Assembly: GCA_963693365.1 (NCBI GenBank)
Contig: CAVNZM010000006.1
Coordinates: 2,418,001 to 2,482,000 of the forward strand
Origin: Amoebidium appalachense
Lineage: Eukaryota > Protista > Ichthyosporea
Reading direction: 5' to 3'
Length of the DNA stretch: 64,000 nucleotides
Shown here: in pieces, positions 1-32,662 of the stretch
Position numbering within the stretch: position 1 is the stretch's first letter
How the letters are laid out: every line of letters starts with the position of its first letter
Program-made: the position numbers and the translations under genes
Notes under the pieces: generated by a model
Told to the model about the DNA's origin: nothing
Seen by the model: only the letters and a program-made list of their open reading frames with translations
Databases searched by the model: none

Positions 1-96
1 CGTGAGCCACTCAAAGAAATGAGCGTTTGGCGTAAATATAAACGTTCCATTCGAGAAAGTCTGACATATACCTAAATGATAACAAAGTGGGAATAC

Positions 97-19507
<19,411 letters not shown>

Positions 19508-19906
19508 GGTGTCCTCCCCTGTGCTTCTGAAGATCTAGATGCCACAATCATAGAATCTGAGCTGGTCGTTGCGTGTGGTCGTGAGTTTCTCTGATTAGAA
19601 CCGTTTCTGCTATCTACATAGGTTGCATGACTCCACCACAATGGCTGATATGCATGCTAAGACACTGTTGTCTGCAGTCAACCAGTTCCAGTAGGCAGCG
19701 CTTTGAATGTATATATAATGGAACGACTTGAAAGTCAGAAAGGACAAACAGCCGACAACAACACTAGTTACCTAATAATACTCGCTCCCTCTCTGACACT
19801 GAGAAACACTTTGACTCTGCTTACACAAGAGCATCACAAAGGGTCGCGATCGAGTCACCGGGAGTCCGGCCGCGAGGCTGTGCGCGGGGTAGCCTGCACT
19901 GCGGAG

Positions 19907-20327
19907 CAGGGTAGGGATTACGAAAAAAAAATCGTCGTAATTACGATTAACGAGAGACCCCGATACGAATAAGGTCAGGGTACCGTCGTAACAGCTTTCG
20001 TATCAGGTGTGTAGCATTATAAACGCTTGAATATGTAATTTTCCAAAAAAAAATTAATATTTCTGTTCAAGAACAGCACATTCCCCCCCCAAGAACATAG
20101 CTACAGCGCTTCTCATGTGCAATATCGAGCCCCGATAAGGTTCCAGAGCTTGTAATCTTGCGGTACTTAATTTGTAAAAACACGTATTTCGAGTTTTGCG
20201 ACTGGAGGGGCGTTTTAGGCGGGGCCTGCAGCTCCCCAAAAACCCACCCCGTTACGATTAAGAAATTGTCCGTTACGATTGGCCAAAGGGCGATACGGTT
20301 AAGCTGGCGAACCCCAGCCCAACCCTG
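19907..20327. mobile_element. hAT-type MITE (421 bp) between the divergent ABCA and ATPase genes
   Basis: TIRs CAGGGTAGGG / CCCAACCCTG (9/10), a perfect 8-bp TSD CTGCGGAG (19899-19906 and 20328-20335), and subterminal TTACGA repeats. CAGGG ends with an 8-bp TSD are hAT hallmarks. Confidence 0.82.
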
Positions 20328-20339
20328 CTGCGGAGTCGC

Positions 20340-20936
20340 CAGTGCCGGATTTGCTGACGTCACATGCAGCGTTCATTCTGGTGCCGATAGCTGATTGGTG
20401 CACCTAACAGGGACCCGCGAATCAAAATCTTCAAAGCATGCAAAAAAGCATTCCAACCTCGACACTGTACTATAGCTATGTAGCCAAATGTGGGTCGGGA
20501 CATTCGAAACTTTCCTAGTACGTGCCTGTACACGGTACATGCCTCCGCACGACTGCGGTCGTCCCCACACGCCCATAATTTACCAGAAATACAACAAAAC
20601 TCCCTCAGTAGTGTGTAAAGCCTATAAATAGACGTCAAGAAATAGCCCCAAGAATAGAAAAAAATACAGTGCCACTGTATCACGGCACCTGGGCTCGTTC
20701 AATGGCTCAGAGATATTGCTATTTTTGGCTAAAGTAAACAAAAGGGCCTCTCCTATTCGTCTCTCGAGTGTCGTCAGCTTAGCCAATAGGAGCTCGCCAA
20801 ATTATGCATCACCCACACAGCAGTCACAAAAGTAAAACGAAACAGGGGTCCCCTTTTTCAGTGCTTTGTCAATCTCTCTGTTTACTGAGCTAAGTCGCCC
20901 CTTGCAAAACCCACCCATCACCCATCTATTTCAGCC
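20340..20936. promoter_or_regulatory. Putative (bidirectional) promoter region
   Basis: CpG-rich, microsatellite-free interval between divergent start codons 19507 (-) and 20937 (+). It contains TGACGTCA (CRE-like, about 20355), CCAAT/ATTGG boxes (about 20395, 20782) and GTAAACA (forkhead-like, about 20734). These are motif matches only. Confidence 0.35.
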
Positions 20937-22623
20937 ATGGCCGGCAACGAAGACAATGTTGTTTCGGAGGAGACCGAGTGGGTGCCACCCCCCGGTCCCC
21001 TCGGGGCCCTTTTCACCGCCACGAAGATGCTCGCCCGTCCCTTGGGTGCAGTTGTAGCCATAGCTAACGACGACAGCATCCTCACCAAGTCTCTCGTGTA
21101 TCTTGCACTGGGGGGTGTGGGTTACACGTGCCTGTACGCATACACCAAGTACCAGGAGCAGCTAGTGCTCTATAGAGCCCAGCCCAAGGTTGACCTGCCC
21201 TGGCACTTTGACCGCCCCACCGAACACCGACACATAGTGCACTCTCTGGATAAGCGCAGGCTCGTGGTCGTCGTTGGGCCCCCGCGCAGCGGCAAAACGG
21301 CCGTGATTACCAAGGCAACGAGGGAAGCGGCCGCGCGCGGGCCCACGTGCAGGCCACTGCTGCACTATGACTTGGCCGATGCGGCTTTTGCGGACGTGCA
21401 GGGTAGGTGGTTATGGCTGTGAGTGCACATGCAAGCTTCCCCGTGCACGGAAACTGGAAGATATACACGCAAACGCCCGTGCTTGCGTTCGTAGCAACGC
21501 CTATCTGCTTCTGTCTAGTGACCTCCGATCCTGCGGCCCTCAAACACCCCCCACTATCTCCCTCACGCACTTGTTTTCGGCTCTATTATTTCCGTCTGTC
21601 TCCGTTGTGTTCTCCATATTCCCTTGCTTGCCTCCTGACACATTTGCAAAATTACAAACAAGCCTTGCGGGTTTCAGACTGTGCTAGTTGAATTTCTAAC
21701 CCAATACGAACTGATGCACACACCGAGGGCTTCCTGTGGGCCTTCGACCACCGTGCCTGTTGATACACCAGTTTCTTCCTACCCTATTTCACTTCCAGAC
21801 ATCGTCCTCCTCTACGTCCCCCTTCCCTCTCCCCTCCCTTTCCCCCTCCCTCTTCCCATGCACACACAACACAGACCTGCAATAACACGCTCACACTTCC
21901 CTGCTGTCCCGACTCGACCTCTCCCCAAACCAAAACTGCCTTTTTGCGGCTAAAACTAATATCCCAGTGCTTTACCCGCATCACTTTGCTGTTTCCCTCT
22001 TCTCCCCTTCCCCCACTCCCCCCCCCCCTCCCACCGATCCAACCACCCACCATCTGCCTCCTCCTGGGTTGACGCCCCGCCCAACCCTGCCACTTACCAT
22101 TCCCCCCCTCCCCCCCCTCCTCTTCCCCTCCCCCCTCCATAGGGCTTGCACGGCGGCTCACCACACCCAACCCCCTTGAGGTTCTCTATAACGTCATCAA
22201 GGGAGCCACCCTTGCTGTAAGTGGCAGCAACCCCGAGTTTGATGGGGATTCATCTCTGACTGGAGATGAGAGCATGATGATCAACCGCATACGAGAGAGT
22301 CTCAGAATGCTGAGCTACCGGGCGGCCAGCAGCAACGCGGTAAATGTGATTGAAAATCTGCAGGCCATGTTCAAGTTGTTTAGGGACGGGGAGGTGGGCA
22401 ACCGAACGCTGGTGCTGTATCTGAACTGGCTCAAGGAGCTGGCTACACAGGTGCGTGTGTGTGTGGGTGTGTGTGTTTGTATGTGTGTGGGTGTGTGGGT
22501 GCGTGCGCGTGTGTGTGTGAGTGGGTGGGTGGGGTGGGGGTTGGGGGGGGGGGGGGGGGGGGGGGAGGGAGGGATGGGGATGGGTGTTCTGTGCGATCAA
22601 AACCGTGGCTGTGTCCCGCCGTG

Positions 22624-22659
<36 letters not shown>

Positions 22660-23409
22660 CCCTTCGGCTCCCCCTTTCCCCTTTACCGCTTACCCGAATG
22701 CAGGGAAAGAAAAGGATGCTGCTACTGCTTAGCTTTCATGACGGGGGTGTTTGGTGGTTGCTTGTGCACGGGAGCAGGTGTTTTTTTTTTGTTGTTGTTG
22801 TTGGTGGGGGCACGGGAGGGAGGGGGGGGGCGGTCAAGACTGATTAAAGTAAATACGCATGTGAATCCAGTGGGGTGAACGTGTCAGTTTGTGTGCGCCT
22901 AAAAGGGGTTGAAGGGAGGGGATGCGAGAGAAGGGGGGGGGGGGGGGGGAGGGGCAAGTAGCAGGGTATTTATGTGTCTGTGTGTGTATCGGTGGAGGGA
23001 AAGGTGTGTGTGTGGGGGGGGGGGGGGGGATCCCGAATTTGTGTGTGCCTTGCACGGTTTTGCAGTACTTTGTGGGCAGAGTTCCGCGTTCAAGTTGATC
23101 CCCCTCCCTCTCCCCCTCCCCGGGCTGCTTCTTTCCCATTTCTTAGTCAGTCTATCCCCCAAGTTCCTTCCACCTCTCTTGCTTCCGTTATCAATCAATC
23201 CATCCCCCCGCACACCCAAACTATCCCCTAACACCCAGTGGCACCCACCCCTTCATTCTTCCACATGACGAGCCTCAGGTTGATGGGGGACCCTCCTTCC
23301 TAGTTCGGTCTCCGTTTTTGCTTTTATCAGTTACGTGGCATTCTTTTCTGCTCACTTCATTTCTTTTTTATGGCTCTGCCCTGCCGTGCACCGAACCATG
23401 CCTGGTGCC

Positions 23410-23443
<34 letters not shown>

Positions 23444-24001
23444 ATCCCTCACTCCCTCACCCAGTGGATGTATTGGGAGCTCCCTCAGATGGGCACTGCT
23501 TATAATGCATACTCCTTATGTGTCATTAGCACTCTGCGCCATGTTGTCCGTCTTGAATGCGCACTCTGTACTCCTAAACACATTCTTCAAACCCCCCCCC
23601 CCCCCTTCAGGACTCCCGTGTGACGGTAGCCATCAGTACCACGGGGGATTTCTTCTTTGATTGGTTCCATGGGCGCATCTTCAATGCATCTATCACCGTG
23701 GTGGGGGTGGGTGATCTGAGCAGAGAGGAGGCTACAAGATACTACGAGAAGATGGTGTGTGTGGAATATCATGTGTGGTGCAATGCACACAGTGCATGTG
23801 GGCACGTGCATGCAACATACATACAGACATACACACACGAGAACATGCGCTTGCACGTGTGTACTGCATGCACACACACATCAGTGCGCATGCACACAGA
23901 CACCGTACACACATATATACACACACACACCACACACACACACACACACACGCACGCACGCACACGCACACGCACACACACACACACACATGCATACATA
24001 C

Positions 24002-24032
<31 letters not shown>

Positions 24033-24296
24033 CACACACATGCATACATACATTAGGACATGCACTCTCCCTCTAATCTCTGACCCTTTTTGTCCCTCCC
24101 CCCCCCCCCCCCCCCCCTTCTCTTTCTCTCCTCTCTTTCTTTCCCCCCCTGCCCCAGGTTTCCATGTGCACGCCTGTCCACCAGTATCCCTTTCATATTA
24201 CACTCTGCACCTTTAACTGAACCTATCTCCCTGCATGCGCTTTTTTTTTAACATCCACGGCTTCCTTGCACTGCTTAGAAGTATCTCTCTCTCCCT

Positions 24297-24377
<81 letters not shown>

Positions 24378-24833
24378 CCTCTCTCCCTCGCCCTCCCCCC
24401 CCCCCCCCCCCTCTCTCCCCGAGGCTCTCTCTCTCTCTGTCTCTCTTTTTTTCTCTCTCGCGCGCTCTCTCTCTCTCTCTCTCTCCCCCCGGGGCTCCCT
24501 CTCCCTCTCTTTACCATGCCTTCTTTCCCTCTCCCCCCCCCCCCCCCCCCCCCCCCGCCCCTCTCTCTTTCTCGCTTTCCTTCCTCCCTCCTCCTCTTTC
24601 CACCTCCCTCTATCTCTTCCCCTCCCACTCTCTGCCTGTCTCCCTCCTTACCTCTCACAATCCTCTCACCCTCTCTCCAGTTCTCTCGCCTCTCTCTCTC
24701 TCTCTCTTTCTCCCCTTTCCCTCGTCTCTCCCCTCTCTCTCCCTTCCCCTGCCCCACCTCTCTTCCTCAGTGCCTCCTCCCGCATCCCTCTCTCTCTCTC
24801 TGCCCCCCTGCCTCCCTCCCTCCTTCCTCCCCC

Positions 24834-24875
<42 letters not shown>

Positions 24876-25331
24876 TTCTCTCGCTCTCTTCATCTCTCTC
24901 TCTCACCCCACCCCACCCCCCCCCGGGGGGGGGGGGGGGGGGGGAGGGTCTCGTTGTCTCCCTCCTGCCTTTTCTCTTCCCCCTACCTATCTCTCTAACC
25001 CCGTGTCCGTTTCTCTCCCCCTTGTCCTCCCCCCTTCCCCCTCCCCCTCCCCTCCTCCCCCTACCCCCCCCCCCCCCCTTCCCTCCGGGCACACATACAC
25101 ACATTACAGCCACAACCACCACCACCATCACCATCACTAGCACCACCCCCACGCCGTCCTTCCCCTTTTCCAGGTGTTTCCATGCGTGTGTTCCAACACT
25201 TGGTTCTCCCTATCAGCAATGTGATTACAGATGTAGTACATATGGTACTTGTTTTGCCTGTTTTCTTCACTCTGACTGAAAACGATGATTGTTTTGCACA
25301 CGTGTACATGTGCACATGGCTGAAGGTTCGT

Positions 25332-25383
<52 letters not shown>

Positions 25384-25406
25384 ATACACACTCGTACACA
25401 CATACA

Positions 25407-25473
<67 letters not shown>

Positions 25474-26258
25474 TTCCGAGAGGCTCTCCTTCCAACTACA
25501 CACGCAAGCCATAGCCCTCTTTGATGATGTCTATGCAATTGTTGGGGGCAGTATGGCCGACATAGATCTCTTTGTGGACGAATACGAACTCTCCAACGGC
25601 ACACTCAACCCCGCCAACTTGTCTGCTGTAGGAGTAGCCCAGGCCAAAATATGCAGGGCCCTACACCCCGACTCTCTGACTAATGTGATCTTCCTCCGCC
25701 CCCCAACATTCACACGTGAGGATACAATAAAGATGTACAAGTATGAGACTCCCCCCCCCCCCCCCCTCAACACATGCACAGACACACACACCACCACCAC
25801 CACCACCACCACCACACAATGCTGCTTGTGATGCATACGCTTTGTGTGCTTTGCCAAGTCAGCATCAACAATTGCGCGTCGTGAATGTGTAATCTGTACC
25901 CTGTAACACATTTTACACCCCCCCCTTCCCCCCTCCCCCCCCCTTCCAAACCCCAATCCCCGGAAGCTCCCCATTCTCTGGGTGCTTCATCACCAGTGAT
26001 GTCGCTGTTTGCCACCGACTCCCATAACACTCTCTGTAGACCCGCATAGAAAAGAGTGATGCCTGCCTGTGTGGCATTGGTGGTGTGAAACTTTAGCGTT
26101 GCGCGTGTCACGTGTTGTAGTCGGTGCATAGCCCTAAAGTTTGCATTGTCCCGATGTTTTGCGTGCATATGCACCCATGCATAATCACATGTGTTTCCTT
26201 GTTTGTTGGCCGTCACAGTTCTGACAGGAAAAGTGTGTGTGTGTGTGTGTGTGTGGGG

Positions 26259-26292
<34 letters not shown>

Positions 26293-26980
26293 ATACACTA
26301 ACACACACCATAACGAGGACTTTAGAAAACTATTGCAGGGCTAGACATCGAGATTAAACTTTTTGTGGCATTATCACGGTCAGAGGGCCCGGGGGGGAGG
26401 AGGGGAAGGGGGGTAGTGGGGGAGGAGAGAGAAGGGCGAGGAAGCGGGGTGCAGATGGGGTCGTAGGGGGGGCAGGGGAGAGTTGGGGGGAGAGAGAGAA
26501 GTCGGGAATTGAGAGGGGGGAGGTGTGTGGGGGACTGGGGGAGCGGGGTGGTAGGGTTAGAGAAGGGGAGGAGTGGAGAAGTGGGGGTGGCAGGGGGGGG
26601 GGAGGGGGGGGGGGAGTCTCAGATGAGAAGTGGTGGGGGGGGGGGGGGGGGGGGGGGGGGGAGGGGGGGGGGGCGGGGGGAGAAACAGGGGAGCGGTTAA
26701 ACAAATCATTAATGGATGGGTTTGGCACAGGGCATTCACTTCTGCCGAGGAGGGATTCATCACGCTGCAGGCAGCGCAGCAGATGGTCGAGTGGTCAGCG
26801 CTCAGTGACATGCTGCATATGGGCCTACTGCAGTACAGGCCCATGAGCCCCACATGGGTGGACTGTGCCCTGTGCAGAGAGAACAACACAGTGGGACCAA
26901 TACGGCCCCTGGAGAGATATGCAATGAAGAGGGTGATGGAGGGTTTGAAGGAGGTGGGTGAGGGAGTGGGGGAGGAGTAG
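20937..26980 (+). CDS. N-terminally membrane-anchored P-loop NTPase (archaeal-ATPase/ATPase_2-like family), at least 5 exons
   Basis: Exons 20937-21402, 22143-22450, 23611-23754, 25472-25740 and 26731-26980 join in phase. Features include a hydrophobic segment [18 protein letters not shown], Walker [13 protein letters not shown], and the family-type motifs [20 protein letters not shown] and DVYAIVGG. An additional exon in 21403-22142 cannot be excluded. AATAAA occurs at about 27714. Confidence 0.82.
24285..25085 (+). repeat. About 800-bp polypyrimidine (CT/C) tract in ATPase intron 3
   Basis: Near-continuous (CT)n and Cn on the plus strand, interrupted by one G run at about 24925-24945. Confidence 0.9.
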
Positions 26981-27289
26981 GAAGGGGAAGTGGGAAGGTG
27001 TCGCAGCGAGTTGAGTGGGTGGCCATGAGAGTCAGAGAATGCGGAGAGTCAATGGGACCGTGCATACGTTTCAGTATGTATAGATAGGTACGTGAATCAT
27101 TGCAGCACATTGCCATGTTTAGCTCTTAGACGAGTAATGCAGTGCATGCACTGCCTTACACAACATGCATGCGCATGGGGATTATGGCAAGACGTGTACG
27201 TGTAAGCGCAGCTGCGTGTGTCCGCAACCATATGCATGCACTGATACACACAAGACAACATGACAAGATACAGCTGCGATGTAACATAC

Positions 27290-27361
<72 letters not shown>

Positions 27362-28292
27362 CAACGGTGGCTGACAGTGTGCTTATAATAATTATGGCCC
27401 AGCATGAGTTAAGAAGTATTGAGATGCAGATGGAGTGGCTAAGCTGTATCGACAGCATTAAACCGAGAGAACTTAACTTGATTGTGTTTGAACGAGATTA
27501 TTTGTAGGCACTGCCAGAACGGATTGAATCCTTGGCGGATTTTCTCACATCACTTTGTTAAGCGGGAGTTAAGGTGATGGTCATTAGAATCGAAAGATAT
27601 TCCGATTAGATTCTGAAAGAGGGTCACTAGTAGAAGAAATGTAGTTGGGTGAATCTGCTAACTTGACGGGTCATGATGCGCAGGCGATAAAGTATAATGT
27701 GCTTGTTGTATTCAATAAAAATGAATGACCTTTAAAATTAAACCTTAAATTTAAGGTTGACATTGGTGTAACGTTTGCCTGATCATGAGGCTAAGCACTA
27801 TTATCAAGTTATCAGGCTGTACACAGGAAAAGTCCATGGTATGTGCAGCTGAACTTCATCTTTTCTGACTCGCTTGAAGTGCTCCGGAAGCTTTTGCTTT
27901 GTTACCAATCAACAAACCCGGGTCACTGAGTGTGTGTAGTGCGTGTGTGTATGTGTGTGTGTGTGTGTGTCAGTGTGTGTGTGTGTTTGTGTGTGTAGTG
28001 CGTGTGTGTATGTATGTGTGTGTGTGCAACCGGCTAAGAAAGAGTGTAACTGTTTACATTAATGGCCCCACGGGTGCCCGGACGTCTTTAATTGACTCGA
28101 GCTCCCTGGCTCTATGCATTGCTGCAGGTGAAAATGCATGCATAGATCTATGGTGACGATTTGGAATTTGCTACGGTATCGTTTGTCACTGGGTGTGTTT
28201 GTGTGTGTGGTGTGCGTGTCCACACGTGTGTATGATCATCATAATCAGTGTGTTAAATTTGTGTGTGTGTATGTGCGTGTGTGTGTGTTTGT

Positions 28293-28337
<45 letters not shown>

Positions 28338-28401
28338 CGCGTACGCGTACGTCGCGCGTGCAAGCGTGTGTAGATCATATGTGTCACGGTGTACGGCGTG
28401 T

Positions 28402-28446
<45 letters not shown>

Positions 28447-29344
28447 TCTCTCCCACCGTCCTGTGGGTCATTTTTCTCAGACTGGGCTGCGGAACGGTTT
28501 TTTTATTTATTTATTTATTTTGTGGGGGAGGGAGGGGGGTGCCAGAATATACAACAATAGTGCACGAGTTGGCATATGCATTTCGCACGCACGTGCACAG
28601 CACGATTCTTCATTAGTTGCACATCTTTGGTTTACACAGGTTGCACGAGCACATAGCATACATAGTTAGGTACGATCGTTTATTTGTGCTTTATCTCCCT
28701 TTATTTCATAAGCATGTCCGGCATGCTCTTGTTTGCCCTCTGTTATTCATTAGGCACGTGTGGTATTCATAGTTTGTTTAGCTATTGGCGATAGCGAGAG
28801 GAAAGCACGCATCCGGCGATTGTTGTGCATGCTTTTCATGTTTTCTGTGTAGTCGGGTGTTTTGTCTGCGATTGGACCGTATGAGGGGAATGCAGTTTGA
28901 TTTCCGTTCATGTACGTGTCGTTATATGATTGGTCAGATTTATAGTATTCATAGTATTTGCCAATCAGATGCGCAAATACCTTTGGATAGATCTGTATTC
29001 ATGGAATCTGCCTGCGGCAGATAAATAGGTGAGAATCGAGCATAATAAATTAGACGTAGATTGACAGAACATGCAACTGTGTTTCTACCTCTCCACACTA
29101 CCCTCTCTGTTAGTGCTGTGGCATCGTGCATTGCCCAGCACCACTCTGCACGTGTTTATGTCTGTTAGTTTAGTGGCCATGGCCTGATCACCCACGTATA
29201 CTCTCATTCATATGCATGTGTGCCCAGGTGTCACCAGGTACGTGTTAGTTGTAGTGTGTACACTCTGCTAGTCAGGCGAGAATAGTAGGGGCTTTTGCCG
29301 TAAGTCAGCACTTTTCTTGCAGGGGGACGGGGGGGGGGGGGGGA

Positions 29345-29379
<35 letters not shown>

Positions 29380-29598
29380 CTGTGCGAAAATGTGTGCATC
29401 AATGTGTGTACATTTGGATTATGAGTTCAAATTTGTTAGAGGGTGTATTTGTGTGTGTGGTGTGGTGTGTGTGTGTGTGCACGTCACAGTGTGCACGTGT
29501 AATACAATGCATACATAGTGTGTGTGTATGTGTGTGTGTGTGCAAAAAAAAAAAAAAAAAAAAAACGCAGCTTTGAAGAATTCACTTTTTTTTTTTTT

Positions 29599-29652
<54 letters not shown>

Positions 29653-30319
29653 CCTACTAGTACTAGTAGCTACGTGCTACGACCGAGAAACCATAATTAT
29701 AAGATTTTAGACCCCTAAAACCATACATTTTACCTAAAAAAATTATCGGACGACTCGACCAGGCCTAGGATCTGGACCACTGACCGAGTCCGCATGATCA
29801 ACGACGGTCATGACTGAGACCGTGTGTCGGCGGGCGAGCTCGAGCTCAGAGACTATGAGGCCCCGTGGCCGGGCCCCGCTCTTATTTTTTTAAGGGGCGA
29901 CGCGGACGATCCGGAGATCTAGAGCGGCTAATCGATTTATTCGTACCATAGAGCTCGAGGGCTCGAGGTCAGCACGTGCCAGGCCAGTATTACTATTAAT
30001 TGCAAACTAGAGAACCGTTAGGAAATCTAACGTGGGCAAAGTTGATATATATCGATAAAGAACCGTATTTCCGTGGGAAACATGACGACTGTTCAGAGTG
30101 TGCACTACCTCATCACTTGCCGTTTCGTAAATTTAAGGCTCAACCAATGCCAGGAAACTTCGTGACGAGTCGTCCACCGTCACAGCACCGTGTGGCGGTG
30201 ATCCACTGCGGCATGCTGCACGCACCGTCTGACCGTGGCACGCATATGCCGATTCCTTCTCTGGCCCGCGGGCTAGCTCGTACGCGTTGTCGGCTGCGCG
30301 GGGGCCTGGCCGCCTGGGC

Positions 30320-30455
30320 CCCCGCGGCCATGGCCATGCATATATATATTGCAAATTTATAATTATAAATTTGCAATATATATATAGATGGCCGGCATGC
30401 ATATGATCGATATATATATACATATTGATCCGGATCGCGATCCGCGGCCATGGCC

Positions 30456-30520
<65 letters not shown>

Positions 30521-30556
30521 AGCTAGCTATAGCTATATGATCATGATCAATTGATA
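30320..30556. repeat. Palindrome cluster plus (TA)n
   Basis: Perfect 46-bp palindrome at 30340-30385 (ATATATATATTGCAAATTTATAA|TTATAAATTTGCAATATATATAT), flanked by GGCCAT/ATGGCC. CCGCGGCCATGGCC occurs twice, and (TA)n spans about 30458-30518. Confidence 0.9.
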
Positions 30557-31019
30557 TGCTGCTGGGAGCGAATCAGCCGATCGTCCCTGGAGAGATGGGC
30601 AAAACTTATCGATCAGATTGCCTCGCGGAAGACTATGTGAGCCGTACCAGATCCATCATAATAATACTATACGTGAGGCATAAAGAGCAAACAGCAGGAA
30701 ACCTTTGGAACCGTTCGAAAAAACTTATAAACATTATGACAAAAGCACAAATGAAGGTCCAGATACTGCCTATGCGTTCTATTAATTTATATTATTTTAT
30801 TTTTTTCATATTTGAATGACCTTTTGGAAGCTTTTGATGATCGATTTTGGTACAGCTTGGTGTTGAGAGAGAGAAAAAAAACCCGCTGATCGCTCCCCGA
30901 ACAAACCCTTACTAGGATTTGCCCTTCTCTAACAATACTGCTTATATTTGTTCATGACAATGAGCCAACCCAAAAAGTTTGTTTGTTTATAGCCCTTTAA
31001 TATACCCTTCATTATGTCC

Positions 31020-31930
31020 CTACCCTACGGTAGGGTTATAATTGCCGGCGTCGAAGTCGGCTTTTGATCTACCCGGAATTACCCGATCTGGATTCCAGAA
31101 ATGCATCGCATTGCGGCTGACCGTGATCATCCCCGGCGCGAAAAATTCCGCACAAGATTGTTGCATTGTTATATTATGACACTATAAATATTTTACAATC
31201 ATAATAACACATATATATGCATAAATGCTAAGCGTTTGCCTTTTTTTATATCAATGGGTGATTGTGTTTAACTTAGCGGTTTGTATATTTACCTTGAGAA
31301 TACCGGTAGGGTAGAAATACTTGGTACATGTGCTCTAATGATTTAAGCGACGCGGCGTTTATCGGCGAATCATACAGATCGATTCGGCTTAAACAAACTT
31401 TTATCAATTTAAAAAATCAGTAAAAATTTTCTACGTCTAATTAGAGGCTCGGACGCCGTCACTCGCGGCTCCAATGTCTGATCACCAGTTTCAGACGGAA
31501 TAGTCTCGGCCAACCAGAAATTTTTGCCAGCACTTCGGCCTCAAGCCAAATGAATTGCGTGGACACGATCTCCGCCGGGGCCGAGGCTCCCTGGACGGAA
31601 CCGATACGGAACCAATTCCAAATCGGGTCGGAATCGGGTAGAGTTCGAATTATTTTTTTTTTGCCATGAGTTTCAGTCACTGACCGGAAAGGAAGGGTTG
31701 TTAGCGTTAACTTGCTCGCTGCCGGGGCGAGCGCTCGCCCTGCGGGGCACCTTGGGCTCTTGGCATGCCCATAGTGCTGACGTCACTGAGTCATCCGGGG
31801 GGAAAATCGCTTCCCATTCGGTTTGGAATAGGGAACCGGATCGGAATCGGCCTAGGAATCGGAATCGAGTCGGAATCGGTTTAGGATTCGGATCGGATCG
31901 AGAACCCGATCATTCGCAACATCATCAGCG
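31020..31930. mobile_element. Degenerate DNA-transposon remnant (hAT-like subterminal GGAATC/CGGATC repeats)
   Basis: Dense CGGAATCGG/CGGATCG repeats at 31595-31640 and 31830-31910, and TAGGGT motifs at 31031 and 31308 resembling the CAGGGTAGGG TIR. No intact TIR pair or TSD was found. Confidence 0.35.
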
Positions 31931-32559
31931 CATCCTCTTGAGAGCACATACAGAGCACATGTGCTTTTCGGCGCATCCTCTTGACAGCTCTGTACTTCGC
32001 GTGTACTGATTCCTCTGTACTGCAGAGTACTTGGCAGCAGAACTGCAACATGCTTGTAGCTACAAATTACAGAAAAAGAAAAAAAGAAAATTACAGGCGC
32101 CTATAAACAAAAAACATGCACCTGTCATTTGCGGCTCCGCTCGCCCTACGTATGCTGGTGCTGACGTCACTGACCAAAAATTTTGCGATTGAATCAGAGC
32201 TGCAACAAAACGCTGAGGTCCGCGTGTGCTGGCTTCTCCCGTCACGTGTTATTGGTTTGAGGCTATTCCTCTAATTTTTTAGAGTGCTCGCACCTGCCAT
32301 ATACATGTGGCGGCCTGAGACATCATGGACTCGAAGTCATTGAAAGCACGTGTCTGATATCATCTCGTGTACTGCCGTAGTACTTTCGTCGCGTGTTTTT
32401 TACTCCTGATCGGATCTCAAAAACCGCACAACCCGTCTTCGGCTTTCGGCCTCAGGCCAAACCAAATAAAAATTGTGCGTGTCTGTGCATGCATATGTCA
32501 CGTCCTGACGTGACAGCACGTCACGCGGCACTGTACGTACAATAAATTTGACTTAATCG

Positions 32560-32662
32560 TACTATATATGTATATGTATATATGTATATATGTATACTAT
32601 TATATATATACTAGTATATATATATATATATACTATGATATATATATATATACATATATATA
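32560..32662. repeat. Imperfect (TA)n microsatellite
   Basis: Directly visible TA/TATATG run. Confidence 0.9.
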
